DNA of 64,000 nt, taken from positions 1,550,001 through 1,614,000 of the forward strand of contig BQFW01000003.1 of assembly GCA_020891255.1 (NCBI GenBank), read 5' to 3'. The stretch comes from Entomortierella parvispora E1425. Taxonomy: Eukaryota > Fungi > Mortierellomycota. The notes beneath the pieces are model-generated. The model had not been told where the DNA came from, did not search any database, and saw nothing but the letters and a program-made list of their open reading frames with translations. Made by a program: the position numbers and the translations under genes. Positions 10,603 to 23,055 of the stretch are shown one piece after another. Numbering within the stretch: the first letter of the stretch is position 1; every line of letters starts with the position of its first letter.

Positions 10603-13583
10603 CTAAGGCATAGTTTTTGTCAGCCGTGTAGATCGCCTTGGAATCACCGGAGCCTTTTGATTTGCAGCAACTTTCCGGGGGGGGCTTGAACATCCTTCGG
10701 GGGGAGGGATTGTAGCACCTTTCCGAGGTGGGACCGCAGCATCTTTCCGAGGGGGCCTTCCTCTCCCTTTCTTGATAACACCCGGCAATTCTGTCTTGTT
10801 CGATCGCGATAAACGAAGGCGACGAGATGGGGACTCGTAGCTGGCCTTGAGTCTGCGTTTTCTCGGTCTACCTTTTGTAGCAACTTTGTCACCGTCGATA
10901 ACCATCCCTGGGTCGATACCTTTGAATATGTCTTGAGCATCGCCCTCTTTCTTTTCAGTATGCCCATCCCCATGCTGTTGTTGTTGGGGATGCTGTAAAG
11001 CCCCATTTGTGACTTGTGGAACAAATGACGATGCAGCTCTGATGTTCTCGATGACTTGCTTGAAATCTGTGTCTGACACGCCAGGCATTAGAATATCGCT
11101 CACAAGACCCTTGGCTGCTTGCATGACCTTCGAATACCGGATTTTTTTTGATTTCGTAGCCTTGCTGGCAGAGACGACTGGCTCGGGGCAATAAAATCTT
11201 TGGGAGGCTTGGATAGATTCATCATTTGGCTTCGTGACAGATGCACTTGGTCGAGCCGTTGCCCGAGCCAAGACTGAATCGGCTGAAATGGAAGTAGATT
11301 CACTCTCCACAGCAGTGGCAGCATCCCTTTCGAAATCAGGCCTACACCACCTCGCAGAGATAAGACCGACTTTGTACTTGAAACGACCATCGACTTGCAT
11401 GAGGCGGAAAACGTGCCGGCACACAAATCCTTCGCCCTGCAGGAGGACGCAAGTGCAAAAATACGATCCGTCTTGAAAAAGAATCACGTAGTCCCTTATC
11501 TCCGTTCTTGCACTGTTATCGAAGACTGAAAAAACGCTTTCAATGCTGTCCACATCGACACGCGCAATGAGCTCGCTAACAGAACCAGCAGTCCTCTGAT
11601 CAACCGTGACCTACATAGATGAGCAATTAGAACGTAGAACTCCAGCTTTGGCCTTCATTTCCTTTGCGGAGCTTAACTTACTGTACTTCTCCCCGCATGT
11701 GGTACTTGTGCTCTGAGAAATCGATCGATATCCTCATCTCGATGTATATGGGTCAAGGAGTCAGCCATCTCTATCTTAAGCCTGGCTTGTGCATACGTGC
11801 TTAGGCGATCACGGTTGATCGAAAGAACACCACGGAATGTCCTCTCAATGCCTCCATTTTCGGTCTCGGTCAGAATACGAATATCCTCTGGTCTGGGCCG
11901 TGACACTTCATTGTCGACCTTTGACATAATAGTTTCAAAGAGTTCGGGAAGCGTTGTGCTGCTGGTAACTTCGTATCGCTTGATGACACTGTGGGTGGTT
12001 TCGGCACGCTGCGTGGATCGCACTCCTGCTGTAAATGGCGCTCGAATCCAAGGTCCTGCCCAGTGTGCTCGCCTGCTGTGTAGCCGCTTGAGGTACCTTC
12101 CTGCTGTTCCTCCATAAAGGGGGTTGTCGTCAATAGGGGCCTTTCCAGGAACAACTATACCATCTCCATCACCACCAAAATTGGAGAGTATATCGCGCCA
12201 TACTCTCTCAAATTCCCCCTGGTGTAAGGGCTCCAAGTGCTTGTTCGAAGAGCACACTGAACTGGTCAAACCTCCGAATACCAAAAACACGTTGAAGACG
12301 CACACGAACGTTGTTTCGCAGGTGCCATAAGCAGTTGATAACGCGAGTGTGCTCCCAAACTTGTGAAATGGCAGCATCAAGTGAGGGATCCATATCAACA
12401 AACACAACGCCAGGATCGACTCCTCCGCTGGCGCATCGCAATTGCTCAAGGATCCACCTGTAGTCTTCCTCAGCTTCGCTGCGGGTTAGAGCGCAGGCAA
12501 CAAGCCGTGATCGGAATTCACAGTCAATGACGATGATAAGTACTAGTGGCATCCCAAGTTTGTTCGTCTGTAGAGTGGCGTCCAATACAACAACGTCGTA
12601 ATATCGGCTGTATAGCGCGCGCTGAGTAGGATTCATCCAGAAGACTCTTCTAAGAGTAAAGCCGTCGTAGTCTGCCTGATAATACCATTCCTCGGAAGTG
12701 GCCGAAAACGACTGCTGGTTCAGGAGTGTCAGGAGACGCTCACTTTGGCTCGAGGTGACCGTCGCGTCTAACTTGGCTTCGCACATCCTGAGATAGCTCC
12801 GGATTTTCTTTTTGTCGAACTTATTCCCTGGGAATTCATACTCGAGGAGCTTGATGGTCATTCTTTCGCCCATGTCCAGATCGAAACCTTTCTTGATGGT
12901 AGCCTTCATAGTCTTGTCAAGAACCGTGTACTTCGTCATTGTTGCGTCCATTTCATGGTTGTTATGACGAAGTTTGAAGGAACTAATCCGCCAGCTACCT
13001 CCCATCTGACGGGGTGAAGTGAGGTTGATGAAGAAGCCGCAACCGCAACGTGGAGAGGCCATCCTAGCACGGTGTTTGGCAGGATCATCAACTTTCTTCG
13101 CTTTGTGTGTCCCCTCGTGGCTGCAGACAATTTTAACTACAGAATTGATGTTTGGAGTAATTAGAAAAAGAAAAAAAAATGAAATGGCCAGTTTGATTAC
13201 AACATGGGATATGAATACATACCAGCGGTCTTGGATGATCTTCTTGTCCTTGTTTTGAACCCGAACTGGATAGCCCATTCTTTGATATTCTCCTTGGCGG
13301 CCGACAGATCCATGAACTTAAAATCGATACTCGGCATCCATGGCTCTCCATCGAGCTCCTCGATCTTTCTGCCAAACATTTCCAATGCATACTGCTGGAA
13401 TGTGAGTGGCTGGTCTACTCCCTCAGAGTCATCAATGACCTTGTCACTGCTGTCACTTTCACCAAGCGCAGGCTCGGCTCCGCCATTGATGTCGTCCGAG
13501 CGATGGACCCCATCCAAGGCAGTATTGAGGGCGTTTCCAGCGAAGCTTGCAGTAGAGCTGTATGTCTGGCCTTGGCTTGGCAT
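10603..13583 (-). CDS. MULE transposase (FAR1-type Zn DNA-binding domain, DDE core, SWIM finger, AT-hook-like tail); spliced, with a +1 frameshift in G5 at 12215-12219
   Basis: VCSHEG...RCGCGF...HNNH; VVVLDATLQTNKLGMPL; FVDMD; CLWH; STQRAETTHSVIK; YFCTC...VCRHVF; KGRPRKR and GRGRPPRK. Introns at about 13222-13138 and 11681-11611. A further 5' exon is possible. Confidence 0.9.
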
Positions 13584-13905
13584 CTGCGTCGTGATATCAA
13601 CGAGGTACTCGTCTGCGGAGACATTAGTCAGAGGATCACTATGGATCGAAGAAAGAGGCCAGGGCCACAGATTTTTTCCTCGGTTATTTTACTTTCTTCA
13701 GAGCGATTTTAGGTCAAGCATCTAGGTACAAAAGATCGATCGCCAACAATCCATTACCTTTCCGGCAATTCGTCATAATCACTAAGATCGGAGTACGGTC
13801 CAAAAATCGATGATGTTGGAGGTGTTGCCGGACTCTATCAATCGAATTGGAGCGAAACGGTAAATGAACTGCGGGTCTTCATACAATGAGGTTGGCATCA
13901 TTATT

Positions 13906-15242
13906 TTACGTACGAGCTGGCATGCTAACGGGAGGAGCTGGAGACAAAGCTGTCATGATCGGGGTGCTATCCAGTGCATCCTAATGGGTATTTAAAAGCA
14001 GAGTCGATATGAATGTAAGTCCCTTTTTTCATTTGCGGAGAATTTGCATGGTCGAACGGTCATCTCTCTGAAGAAGTAACTGTTATTACCTTCAATTGCG
14101 ACGTAATGATCTTCAAGTATCGCGCTCGATGGTAATGAGCCATCTGTCCCTCCCAGCTGCCGTGATCATTGTCGTAAAAGGCGGTTGCGTCAGGACAGTT
14201 GCGGACGCGCATCAGATCCTGCTCGATAGCGGCTGCAGCGTGGATGCCACAAGAACCGAAGTCAGTTTGGCGAATAACAGGTAGTCTCGTGACATTTCTT
14301 TCGGCATCCATCCACTGTTGTGTCTCCTCTGGTATGTTGCAAATGAGCCACTGGACGATCCCGTCAATAGCCGGCGTAGGAATCTCTTGCATCATGGAAT
14401 CGCCAAACTTAATGGCAGGCTCTTGGAGATCAATACGTACAGCCCCCCAATGGCACGCGTCCATACCGGCTATCCCGTAGGCCCTTCTGTAGAGTCTTTG
14501 CGCAAGATCCTCCTTTTTCCAGGTGATGTCACCACCCCAGTCAGCAAAGGCCATCTCGCACCTCCCATATTGCTCAAGGTGCCAGAGAAAACGGGCGGGA
14601 ATGAAGAGGATGTCACATCCTCCATACTCATGCTTGAAATATGAGATGATTGCATCCACGCAAGTCTCTGACAGCCACGACTCCTCAGCGAATTCGAGAA
14701 TATCCCTGACCTTTAAGCGTTGCCCCAAATGATCAAACTGAGTATCAAGAGTGCTTCTGCGTAGGAGATCCGCAAATGATGTTGCAAGCTCGGGATCGAA
14801 ATGGAAAACCGTATCTTGGAGCCATGTAAGCATTCTCCGGATATCGGCAATACGTTTTACGGTATCTATCACCTGAGGCAAATATCTGACCGCTTCAGGT
14901 GTCAGAGTTTTGCCGTCGATGACAAGACGACAGTGGCTTTTGGAGGGCTTTCTCAGCTCCTCTCTTGCATCGGTCAGGTCACCGTTCCCGGGGATAGTGC
15001 GAAGAGAGCTGAGATCGTACTGATTATAGACCTCCCCCTTGCGGCCGAGAAACGACGGAAAAGGCGTCCAAACTGACTGATGGAATACCGTTGACCCTCG
15101 CCCAGTCAAGTAGCTCCTGGCAAGTCTTGTCTTGGACCCAGACGCGCCCCAATTCGATGGGGCAGTCTGCGGGTTGGAAGGTCTCTATGTCTATAGGGAC
15201 AAGGTTGGCAGATGAAGTGGAATTGCGGGGAATGTCCAGCAT
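13906..15242 (-). CDS. Ulp1-like (C48 SUMO) protease carried by the MULE; +1 frameshift in G5 at 15034-15038; short final exon after an intron
   Basis: WLSETCVDAII, FIPARF, CHWG (His), FGDSM (Asp) and RQTDFGSCG (Gln/Cys) match the C48 catalytic layout. Confidence 0.85.
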
Positions 15243-15771
15243 ATTGGCAGAAAATGAAGGGAAGAGCAGAAGGTGCGGTGAGAAAGAGGATGTAGCCCAA
15301 CATATAAAAGGGATTTAGAAGTCTTCCAAGTCCATAGTGGATGCATCTAGCAGCCACCACTTCACCTTCACGCCCAGTGTCGGAACGCGTTATGAAGGTC
15401 CGAAAAAAATTTTCACGCATGCATGGTTGCATGGTGTGTCATTAGAGTTTGCGCTTATTTTTCTTTCACGACCCTGTGTTTTCGCCATGTTCCCAAGCTT
15501 TGATGTCCACGGTTAGAATTCCGAGGATGAAAGAACAACTCCGACTTTCAACTTGAAGGACGTTGGAGCAATCTGCCCAGTTTTATTGGTGCTCTGTCAA
15601 AAAAAAAAAAAAAAAAAAATCACTCACATGGGTCGCCGGCAAGACCAAATATGGCTGCGTGACAAAAAAACTATGTACAGTACATATTTACTCTGGACTC
15701 TTCAATGCTCCGCACTAACTCAAGTACATGTACACATAAAGAAATTTCTCTTGGACAAAGGAGAGAGAGGT

Positions 15772-17158
15772 CTACTCTGGTCTGCTCAACGAATGATCTT
15801 GAGGTTGCGGTGTCCTCGGAGTAACTGTTGGTAAGGGAAATATAGGTGGCCGTGAGGACGTAGCATGTTCGGCACAACATATAGACTCGTGTGGGCCTTG
15901 GCCATCGTTGAGCCTTTGCATTATCGCCTGTGATAAGAGTTGTAAGTTTAGAAGGATGGCATCGACCTTTCGTGAAATCTCTTGCTGGCTATGTTGCGAC
16001 ATTTGCTGCCCGTGCTGTACTACATGCAGCGCCTGTAGCATTTGCTGTCCTTGCTGTTTAGTGAGAAGATCGTCCAATCTCTTCTCTAGAGTTATTGTTC
16101 GAGACCTCGATCCATTGGCACCCCGATGCTGTTGTTTCGAGCTATTGCCCGATTCAGATGAAACACTGGAGGGAATATCACGTTCAGTGCCTGGCACCGT
16201 CCCCATTTTTGCTCCTGTCGATGAAGAAGCGACTGCTGGAATTGAAGGTGGTCGCGCCGCAGATATAAGTACTGATATTGGCGTGGGCTGTCGGTTTCGT
16301 ACCGATGATGATGCCGAGGAGACCACTGTTTTCGGATGATCTTGGCTGTCGATATTATCTTGATCAGGTCGTTGAGCCACGTATTCCTCCGGCTCCAAGC
16401 CATGCCTAACATTTCCCACCGCCGTATCGTCCTCAATGCATACTGCTCTTCTTCTCTTTAGTGGAGGGTGGACGATCGTTGTAACCTCTGCAGCATGGGA
16501 TTGTTGCTTTTCCTGGTCTGTGAGCTCACGTTTATCCCGCCTGACACTAAGGATAGTGGCCTCAATATCACGGAGTATCCTGCAGTACTTCAAATGACAA
16601 GTTTGAAACATAGAATCGAATGGTGCCAAAGCTGCCAAGGAGTCAAGCTCGAGAACATCCTGGGAGATTCTTTCCACGGTGGTCGATAAAGCTAGGGCCG
16701 TCACTCCTCTTAAGCTTGGTTCCGCAACCTCGAGCTCCGATGCAAGCCTAGCATACAGCTCACCACTTCCTTGGAGAGTCTCCTTCTGATCACCCTGTGT
16801 AGTCCCTGATAGCTGTCTCACCAGAAACTGGACCGTCAAAAAGATTCGCCGCTGATTTGAGGGGCAGCTCGATTGGATAAGACCTGAGTAGTGATTGCCA
16901 TTGACAGAATGCTTGACTGCATGTGCAGCTGTGTACATCAAAGTAAAATCGAGGTGAGGTTAATGAAACAGGTCATGATTTTAATGGAATGAACACACTA
17001 TCATTTACCTTCACACAGGTGATCGCTGGGGCAATTTGTGGTTCTGATAAGTTTTTCGACGTCTTCTGGGTCCCTGAAAATATGTCGGAAATGCTCGAGA
17101 CGTTCGGTGATGTCCTTGTTTGCGTTGATGTTGGACATGGTGCTATGGTGAGGTGCAA
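15772..17158 (-). CDS. Orphan MULE-internal protein (389-aa ORF plus a probable 5' exon), helical N-terminus and Gln-rich coiled segment
   Basis: Long uninterrupted ORF 16941-15772 inside the TIRs; a GTAAAT donor near 16989 suggests an upstream exon from about 17158. No recognisable domain. Confidence 0.55.
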
Positions 17159-18877
17159 ATGCGTATCAAACAGGACTATGTGCGGTAATTGTCACGTGAA
17201 TAACGTGATCTATACGTATACGTAAAGTGTACTTAAATTATATTTTTTACTTTCCTCACATGTTTTATTTGGGTTTTTTTAGTGCGGTATAATTGCGGGT
17301 TATAGTATGTTATCACCCGGGTTCGATCTTGGGTTTTGCCTTTTTTTTTAAAAAAAGAAAAAAAATCTACACCTAGCGTGTCTACTCGTGGCATATACCC
17401 CGGGCACAGCATTCTGCCACTCTGCCACTCTGCCAGGGAAGACACGAAGGGTAGTTGTTGTTTTTTTGTCTTACTCGGTCAAAAGTCACCCGTATGCAAT
17501 ATTGATGTTCCTATTCTCGATCAGACTGCAAGAGCGACATATAGTTGACCGTTGCCAAAGACTGGCAGAAAAGATAGTCCTAACCCGTGAAGGGGTTATA
17601 CCCGTCGTATACGCCCCGGTTTGTGGTGCCAGTAGATCCGGAATCGAGGAAAGAGTGGATCGGCAGCGAAGAAAGATAAACAGGGTGGAGGAAGAGCAGC
17701 AAGGTAAATCGACGGTCGATTTTTTTTTTTTTTTTTTTGTTTCTCACCTGATATTCGCTCTTTCACTCTCACACAAACACACAAACTTCCCAAAGGACAC
17801 CACAAAATGAATAAGGGTAACAGTCAGCTCCCTGGTGATTTTGGTGGGCCTCCGGAGGCTCAGTTGGGGCTTTCAGCCCCTCGCGCGCAGAGTACTTGGG
17901 GGACTCGTCTTGGGTTTTGCCTTTTTTTTTAAAAAAAAAGAAAAAATCTACATCTTGTTTCCATCTTTATCCTATGATGATATATATACTTCTATTTGCT
18001 GAAGGTATTAATTGATAGCTCGTGCAGTAGCCGCAAGCATTATATCTTCTTATTGTAGAACCAGCTTCAATGATCTGTCTTAATTCATATGTCGCCTAGA
18101 TTTGTAATTCACGCATCACGCGTCAATACGCGTCGCCTCTTCTTTTTTTTTTTTTTTTTTTTTTTTTTCCTTCATGGAGACGCCGCCTGTCGTCAACCAT
18201 TCCTACATTAGCAATGAGTTCTGTGTATGAGGCTTTGTCATCCTTACAAAAAAAAAAAAAAAGATATCCTGGACTATAAGACGCCTGAAAGATATTACTA
18301 GTGACTTATCTTTTTCATTGTATGATGTACTCTGGACAAAAGAAGGAAATATATGCCTTGTTGTGAATTACAGGCTGGAGGTAAAGTGATAAAGTGAGAT
18401 ATCGGGTCAGGCTCTAGATCAGGATATACAAGACGCGTGCTGTCACGAACGCAGGCTGACATACGGTAAGCGATTTCCCCATGTATCTCTGCTTAGGGCC
18501 ATCCCTAGAGCCAATTGGACCAAGGCCTCAACTCCTAACAAATATCCCTCCACGCCAAGCCATGTTCGCCTATAGCCTAGTCGACCATGGCCGCCCCTAT
18601 GATCTTTTTCGTTACCTCAATGCCTCTGGCCAGTCTGCCCTCGAATGTTGCCCTGCCCATATTCAAGTAGTATTACACTTGGCTATTGCTCATTCCGTCG
18701 AATCTCTCTGTCTCATGCTGTATGACGTGTATCATTGTTATGTTCATCGATGGGCGTTGAGACATCTCAGATCAGAACTGAAAGAACAGCAAAACTATCA
18801 AATGACCAAAAAACGGCAACATGATGAAGAGTTGCCACCAATTTTTATCTTGGAAAAAAATGTCGAATAAAAAGGAT

Positions 18878-19094
18878 GATTTTTTTCACCGGTGGTAAGA
18901 TGAAGGGATAATTTAATCGTTGACGGCATGTTGGAATAGGTGCTGAGAAGCATTCTGACGGGATGCGAGAGGGTCAGAGTAGCGCAGTTGACAACTCAGA
19001 CGGGGGAAGAGGGCCGTCAAAAGTGGGCTCAGAATAAATTTTGACGTCCCGTCACAGTGATGTTTGACGGGGGGAGGTGGGAATTCGTTCACTC
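18878..19094 (-). repeat. Right terminal inverted repeat of the MULE
   Basis: Reverse complement of 9318-9534, followed by the TSD TAATTTTTT. Confidence 0.96.
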
Positions 19095-19881
19095 TAATTT
19101 TTTTTATTGATAGAATGACGAATCTGGCAAAAAGACACCATTCTCAAGAGTAAAAGATCCATCAGCCGTCGTAGTAAGTTCAAATTCGAGAGCATCGGGT
19201 ATTCTGATATCCCTCAAGTAACCAACTCCTCCTCCACGTCTATGAATGTTTTCTTTAGTACCTCAATAACAGGAACAGAACGCGCTTATCCTGATATCGC
19301 AACAGGAATGTCGGATTTCAAGTTGTTAGGAAGGTGCTTGCTCCCTCAAACCCTTCCCCATCGATGCTTTCAACACCACAAAGCGTGGATCTTTGATTCA
19401 AGTTTAACCTCACGTCAGAACTTTTAACGGGCAAATTTGCCCGGTATACGGAGAATGGGATAGCGGTCGATTTATCACGTTCAAAGTAGGTGAGGACACC
19501 TTTGTGAATTATGTTGATGCCAACCCCTACTTCAACGAGCGAGATCTGTTCCTGATGTTTTGCACCCACTTTTGCTTAGGTTGTCCTCAAAATCTGATCT
19601 GGATTTTTAAAAAACGGGAAACCAACCTTGTCGCGAAGACTAGAGGGGCTCTCTTTGGCGAAGTGGGGTTCATTGGTGCAAGGTTGAGGTGTGTGGCCCT
19701 TTTTTCCCTTTATTATTCCTTTGATCATGATCAAGCGTGTGACAGAGCCGAAATTGGAGCGTCTCATTTGTTTGCTGACTCGCGAGTGTGTTTGTGTGCT
19801 CGGATGTGGTTGGATTGTCCTGACAAAGTTCCGAAAACGAGGAAAGAAGAACCAAGCAAAACACCCGCTCCCTCTATCTCT

Positions 19882-20650
19882 CTAATGCTCGCAAGCATAC
19901 GATCCAGGACCAACGTCCCTCGGGCAGTCTTTCTCAACCATCGCTGATCCCTCGATACAAAACAGTGGATTTTGCTTCGAGTCCACGGCCGCAACCCTGA
20001 TGCCAGCCGAGATCTACATTCCACAAAGAACAGATCAGTCAAACATTACTCCTCCATTTTTTTTTTTTTTTTTTTTTTTTTGGCCGTTCCCCCCTCTCCC
20101 CCATTTTCCCTTCTTGTTTAACTAACAAAGCACTTACGCCAGTGGTGAGGGACTTGTCCAGAGGCAAACAAGCTCTCAGACCGTCACTGTTTGGGGCAAG
20201 TGGACATCGAGGTCCGTTCTCGATCCTAGCCAACATGGCGCACAGATCGTAGGTTTGATCAAACACGGTGAAAATATACTTTGACACCGTCAATCGAACC
20301 TTGGACCCTTCATCGACCGGCCCTTGCAACATCCCCTCAATGTTAATGCAGGCTTTGCAGCCCGAGCACAGGTGCCGATTTGACGTGATGGATTGAATAT
20401 GGAACAGATCCTTGGACCCGCCACAGGACTTGAACCGCTCCTCTTCTGCCGAGAGAGCGTGCGGGTTGTTGCGTGCCTGGCCCTCTCTGCGGTGACTCTT
20501 GGAAAAGGTCATCCTAAGAAGTGGATCCTTGTTGTAGTCGTACTTGTGGTGATGGTGGTCTTTGTGTTGTTTTCCCGGAGCTGCTTCGACAGAGACGAGG
20601 AGTGCCAGTGCGGTGGCAACGATTCCAACAAGGAGTGATGTCGTCTTCAT
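19882..20650 (-). CDS. Secreted ML/NPC2-domain lipid-binding protein; exons 20650-20138 and 20013-19882
   Basis: Signal peptide MKTTSLLVGIVATALALLVSVEA; FKSCG...YDLC....CPL...LFCIEG ML-type cysteine pattern; GTAAGT/TAG intron. Confidence 0.8.
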
Positions 20651-21054
20651 AGTTTTGAACTTTCGATGTGTGCGATACTTGGAATTGGGAAAGTTGAAAC
20701 CGAAAAAAAAAAAGGACAGTGCTGTAGAGGTGGAAAGATGAATGTCGAAAAGTAGGAAGATCGCAGCGTTCAATGTCCTTCGGGGAGGGAAGACCTTTGC
20801 GCGGATTTCCATGGTTGTAAATGGAACCAAGGGCTGTATTATGAACTCATGGAATGTGGAACGCAACTCGATCACCTTGTCTCGGCTTCCTATTTTTTCC
20901 TATTCGACGAGCCCCTGAAGCGCCACAGCATTTTTTTTTTTTTTTGTCTTTGGGTATGAAAGGGGTATGATTGCTACGAACCGTGAGTGCATCTACAAAG
21001 GAGTTTCTATGGAAATATCTAGTTCGAAAGGTCACTAAATACACGACCAAAGAT

Positions 21055-23055
21055 CTATTGCAGATTGGCCTTCCGCATCTCCCACTGCAGACGTGTCCTC
21101 TCCAGCGCTAATTTTTCACGCTCGAGGGCAATCTTTTCCACCTCAACATTCACACGCTGCTCTTCCAAGGCCAAGTTCCTCAAGAGATAGACTCGGTCCT
21201 CGGCATTCACTTGACTCGGTACAATGAGAGGCTTCCCACTTGGTCCCAGAAATCCCCCCGCTGCTCCTCCAATGCCGCCACTGTTGTTATGGCTACTTCC
21301 ACCTTCCACTCCAAAGCTGCCGCGATGGTTGCTGCTGCCCTGAGCCAGAGACGAGGAGGATGATCGCCCAGAATGGCTGTAGCTTTTGCTCTGTGTCTCT
21401 AACGACTGTGGCTGCTGCCCTGAGTATGGACGCAGAGTCGATATGAAGCTCTTGGCTACCCGGTTCATCCGTCGAGGAGATAACTGCTCTTTGGGGTTGC
21501 CAGATTGGATCAAAGAGGGCAGCTCTTCTCTTGAATCTCCCTCGTCATGAAGGTCGTTTCCATAGTCGTTGTCGTACCCGTTGTCATAGTCATCCAGGTC
21601 CTCGTTCATAGAAGTTTCCATCATCGGCTCAGCACGTTGACCCATGTTGGTATGATGGTTGATGTTGGCTTGCTCGTTCACATCGTCCTCGTCTTCGTCC
21701 TCGTCGTCCTCTTCATTCTCATCCTCCTCCTCTTCTCCATCCTCTTCGTCCTCTTCAGACTCGGATTGTCCTTGGGGAGGCCCATGCTTGTTCGCACGGG
21801 TACTGCGATTAGAAGAATGGTGCCCAGTGCCCGATGAATGTCGTCGATTGTTGTGCGCCGCTGAAGAGGCAGCGTGTGCGGCAGCTGCAGAGGCGCTGCT
21901 CACTGGGAGCTTTCCTCCGGTCGAAGGACGGTGTCGTTTCGCAGAGTGACCTTCGCCTTTGCCAGTACCATTGTTGGTGCCTGACTGTGAGCCTCTCTTT
22001 GCTGAGGTAACAGCAACGGCAACAGGAACTGGAGTAGTGGTAGTCCTATAATCATACTGATGGGCCGAGCCCCTCTTTGAAGATCCTGGGCCAGATCCAA
22101 TGGGTGCCGCTGGAATGGCGCTGGTGGCACCACCCGGCATGTGAGAACGCGTTTGGCGAGGAGACACAGTACTGCTGTTGCCGCCTTGATTATGAATAAT
22201 ATGATTCCCGTCAGCAGCGGAAAGACTCGAGGTCAAAGAATCATGACCCGAGGACCCACCAAGGGGGGGATTGGAAACCAGATAACTCGATGCGCCTATG
22301 AAGACAGTGAATTCAACGGTTAGTACCAATACAAGGTGCTACGCTGGCTATCTCTGATGAACCGCTCCTGACTTACCAGTTGTACCCCGCAATGGATGAG
22401 GATGTTGCTGCACATCCTGGAGTCCACCAGAGCTAGGCACTCCGTTGCTTCCTGCTACTGCAGCTGCAGCTGCAGCCGCAGCTAGGACATTTCCTGGGGT
22501 CAGGGCTGCTGCTGATGTTGATCCGGTAGGAGACGATCCTGTCAGAGTTCCAACAGGTATGGGGCTGATGCCATGAGGACTGGTGCCCCCCGTCGAAGGA
22601 GAAATTGAAAGTGACGTGGAAGAAGCAGCAGCAGGGGAAGGAAGAAATGACGAAGGGTTCCCAGAGGGTGTCCCTTGAGTTGGGTCCTGGATTTTTCCTG
22701 CCACGGTCGCCAATCTTGCCAGCAACTCGTTCTTGATTTTTTCCTCTTTGGATTCCTTGGTCTTGTCCCGCAGATGAGGTGAAGCCCGAATGGCCAAAAA
22801 GTCGATAATCATCTTGTCGCAACGCGTACGGCAAGTTCTGGAGTGAGGCAAGTTGCCCTCGGGTCGAGGTTTACACTGGTTCTTGAACTCTTCTGCAATT
22901 TTGTTCCAGGCCACCAAGATAGTCCCGTCCCTGGCAGAGATCTTGTAAGGACAAGGCTGGGCTTGAAGGACAATCTCCAGCAACAGAATCTCGTCATCCT
23001 TGTGGAATCGAAACCGCTGTTTCCGATCGTCCTCTGCGCTTGATATATCCATCAT
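21055..23055 (-). CDS. Myb/SANT-like DNA-binding protein with a long disordered tail and C-terminal coiled coil; 2 exons
   Basis: FHKDDEILLLEIVL...AWNKIAEEF...CRTRCDKMI; GTAAGT donor near 22378 and TAG acceptor near 22298; acidic tract; tail ERVNVEVEKIALEREKLALER. Confidence 0.75.

Larger units (their letters stand above)
9318..19094. mobile_element. Mutator-like (MULE) DNA transposon, about 9.8 kb, with both termini intact
   Basis: 217-bp TIRs (9318-9534 and 18878-19094) are identical by eye; 9-bp TSD TAATTTTTT at 9309-9317 and 19095-19103; internal MULE transposase. Confidence 0.96.

Noticed and set aside
18140-18262. Long poly-T and poly-A runs as a retro-insertion tail
   Set aside because: Similar runs occur throughout introns and intergenic DNA in this window, and run lengths may be unreliable.
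4451-19094. Fanzor as cargo of the adjacent MULE
   Set aside because: It lies outside the TIR pair, and the MULE has its own complete TSD.
21055-23055. Myb/SANT gene as the second ORF of a Harbinger transposon
   Set aside because: No neighbouring DDE nuclease, TIRs or TSD seen; it looks like a host gene.
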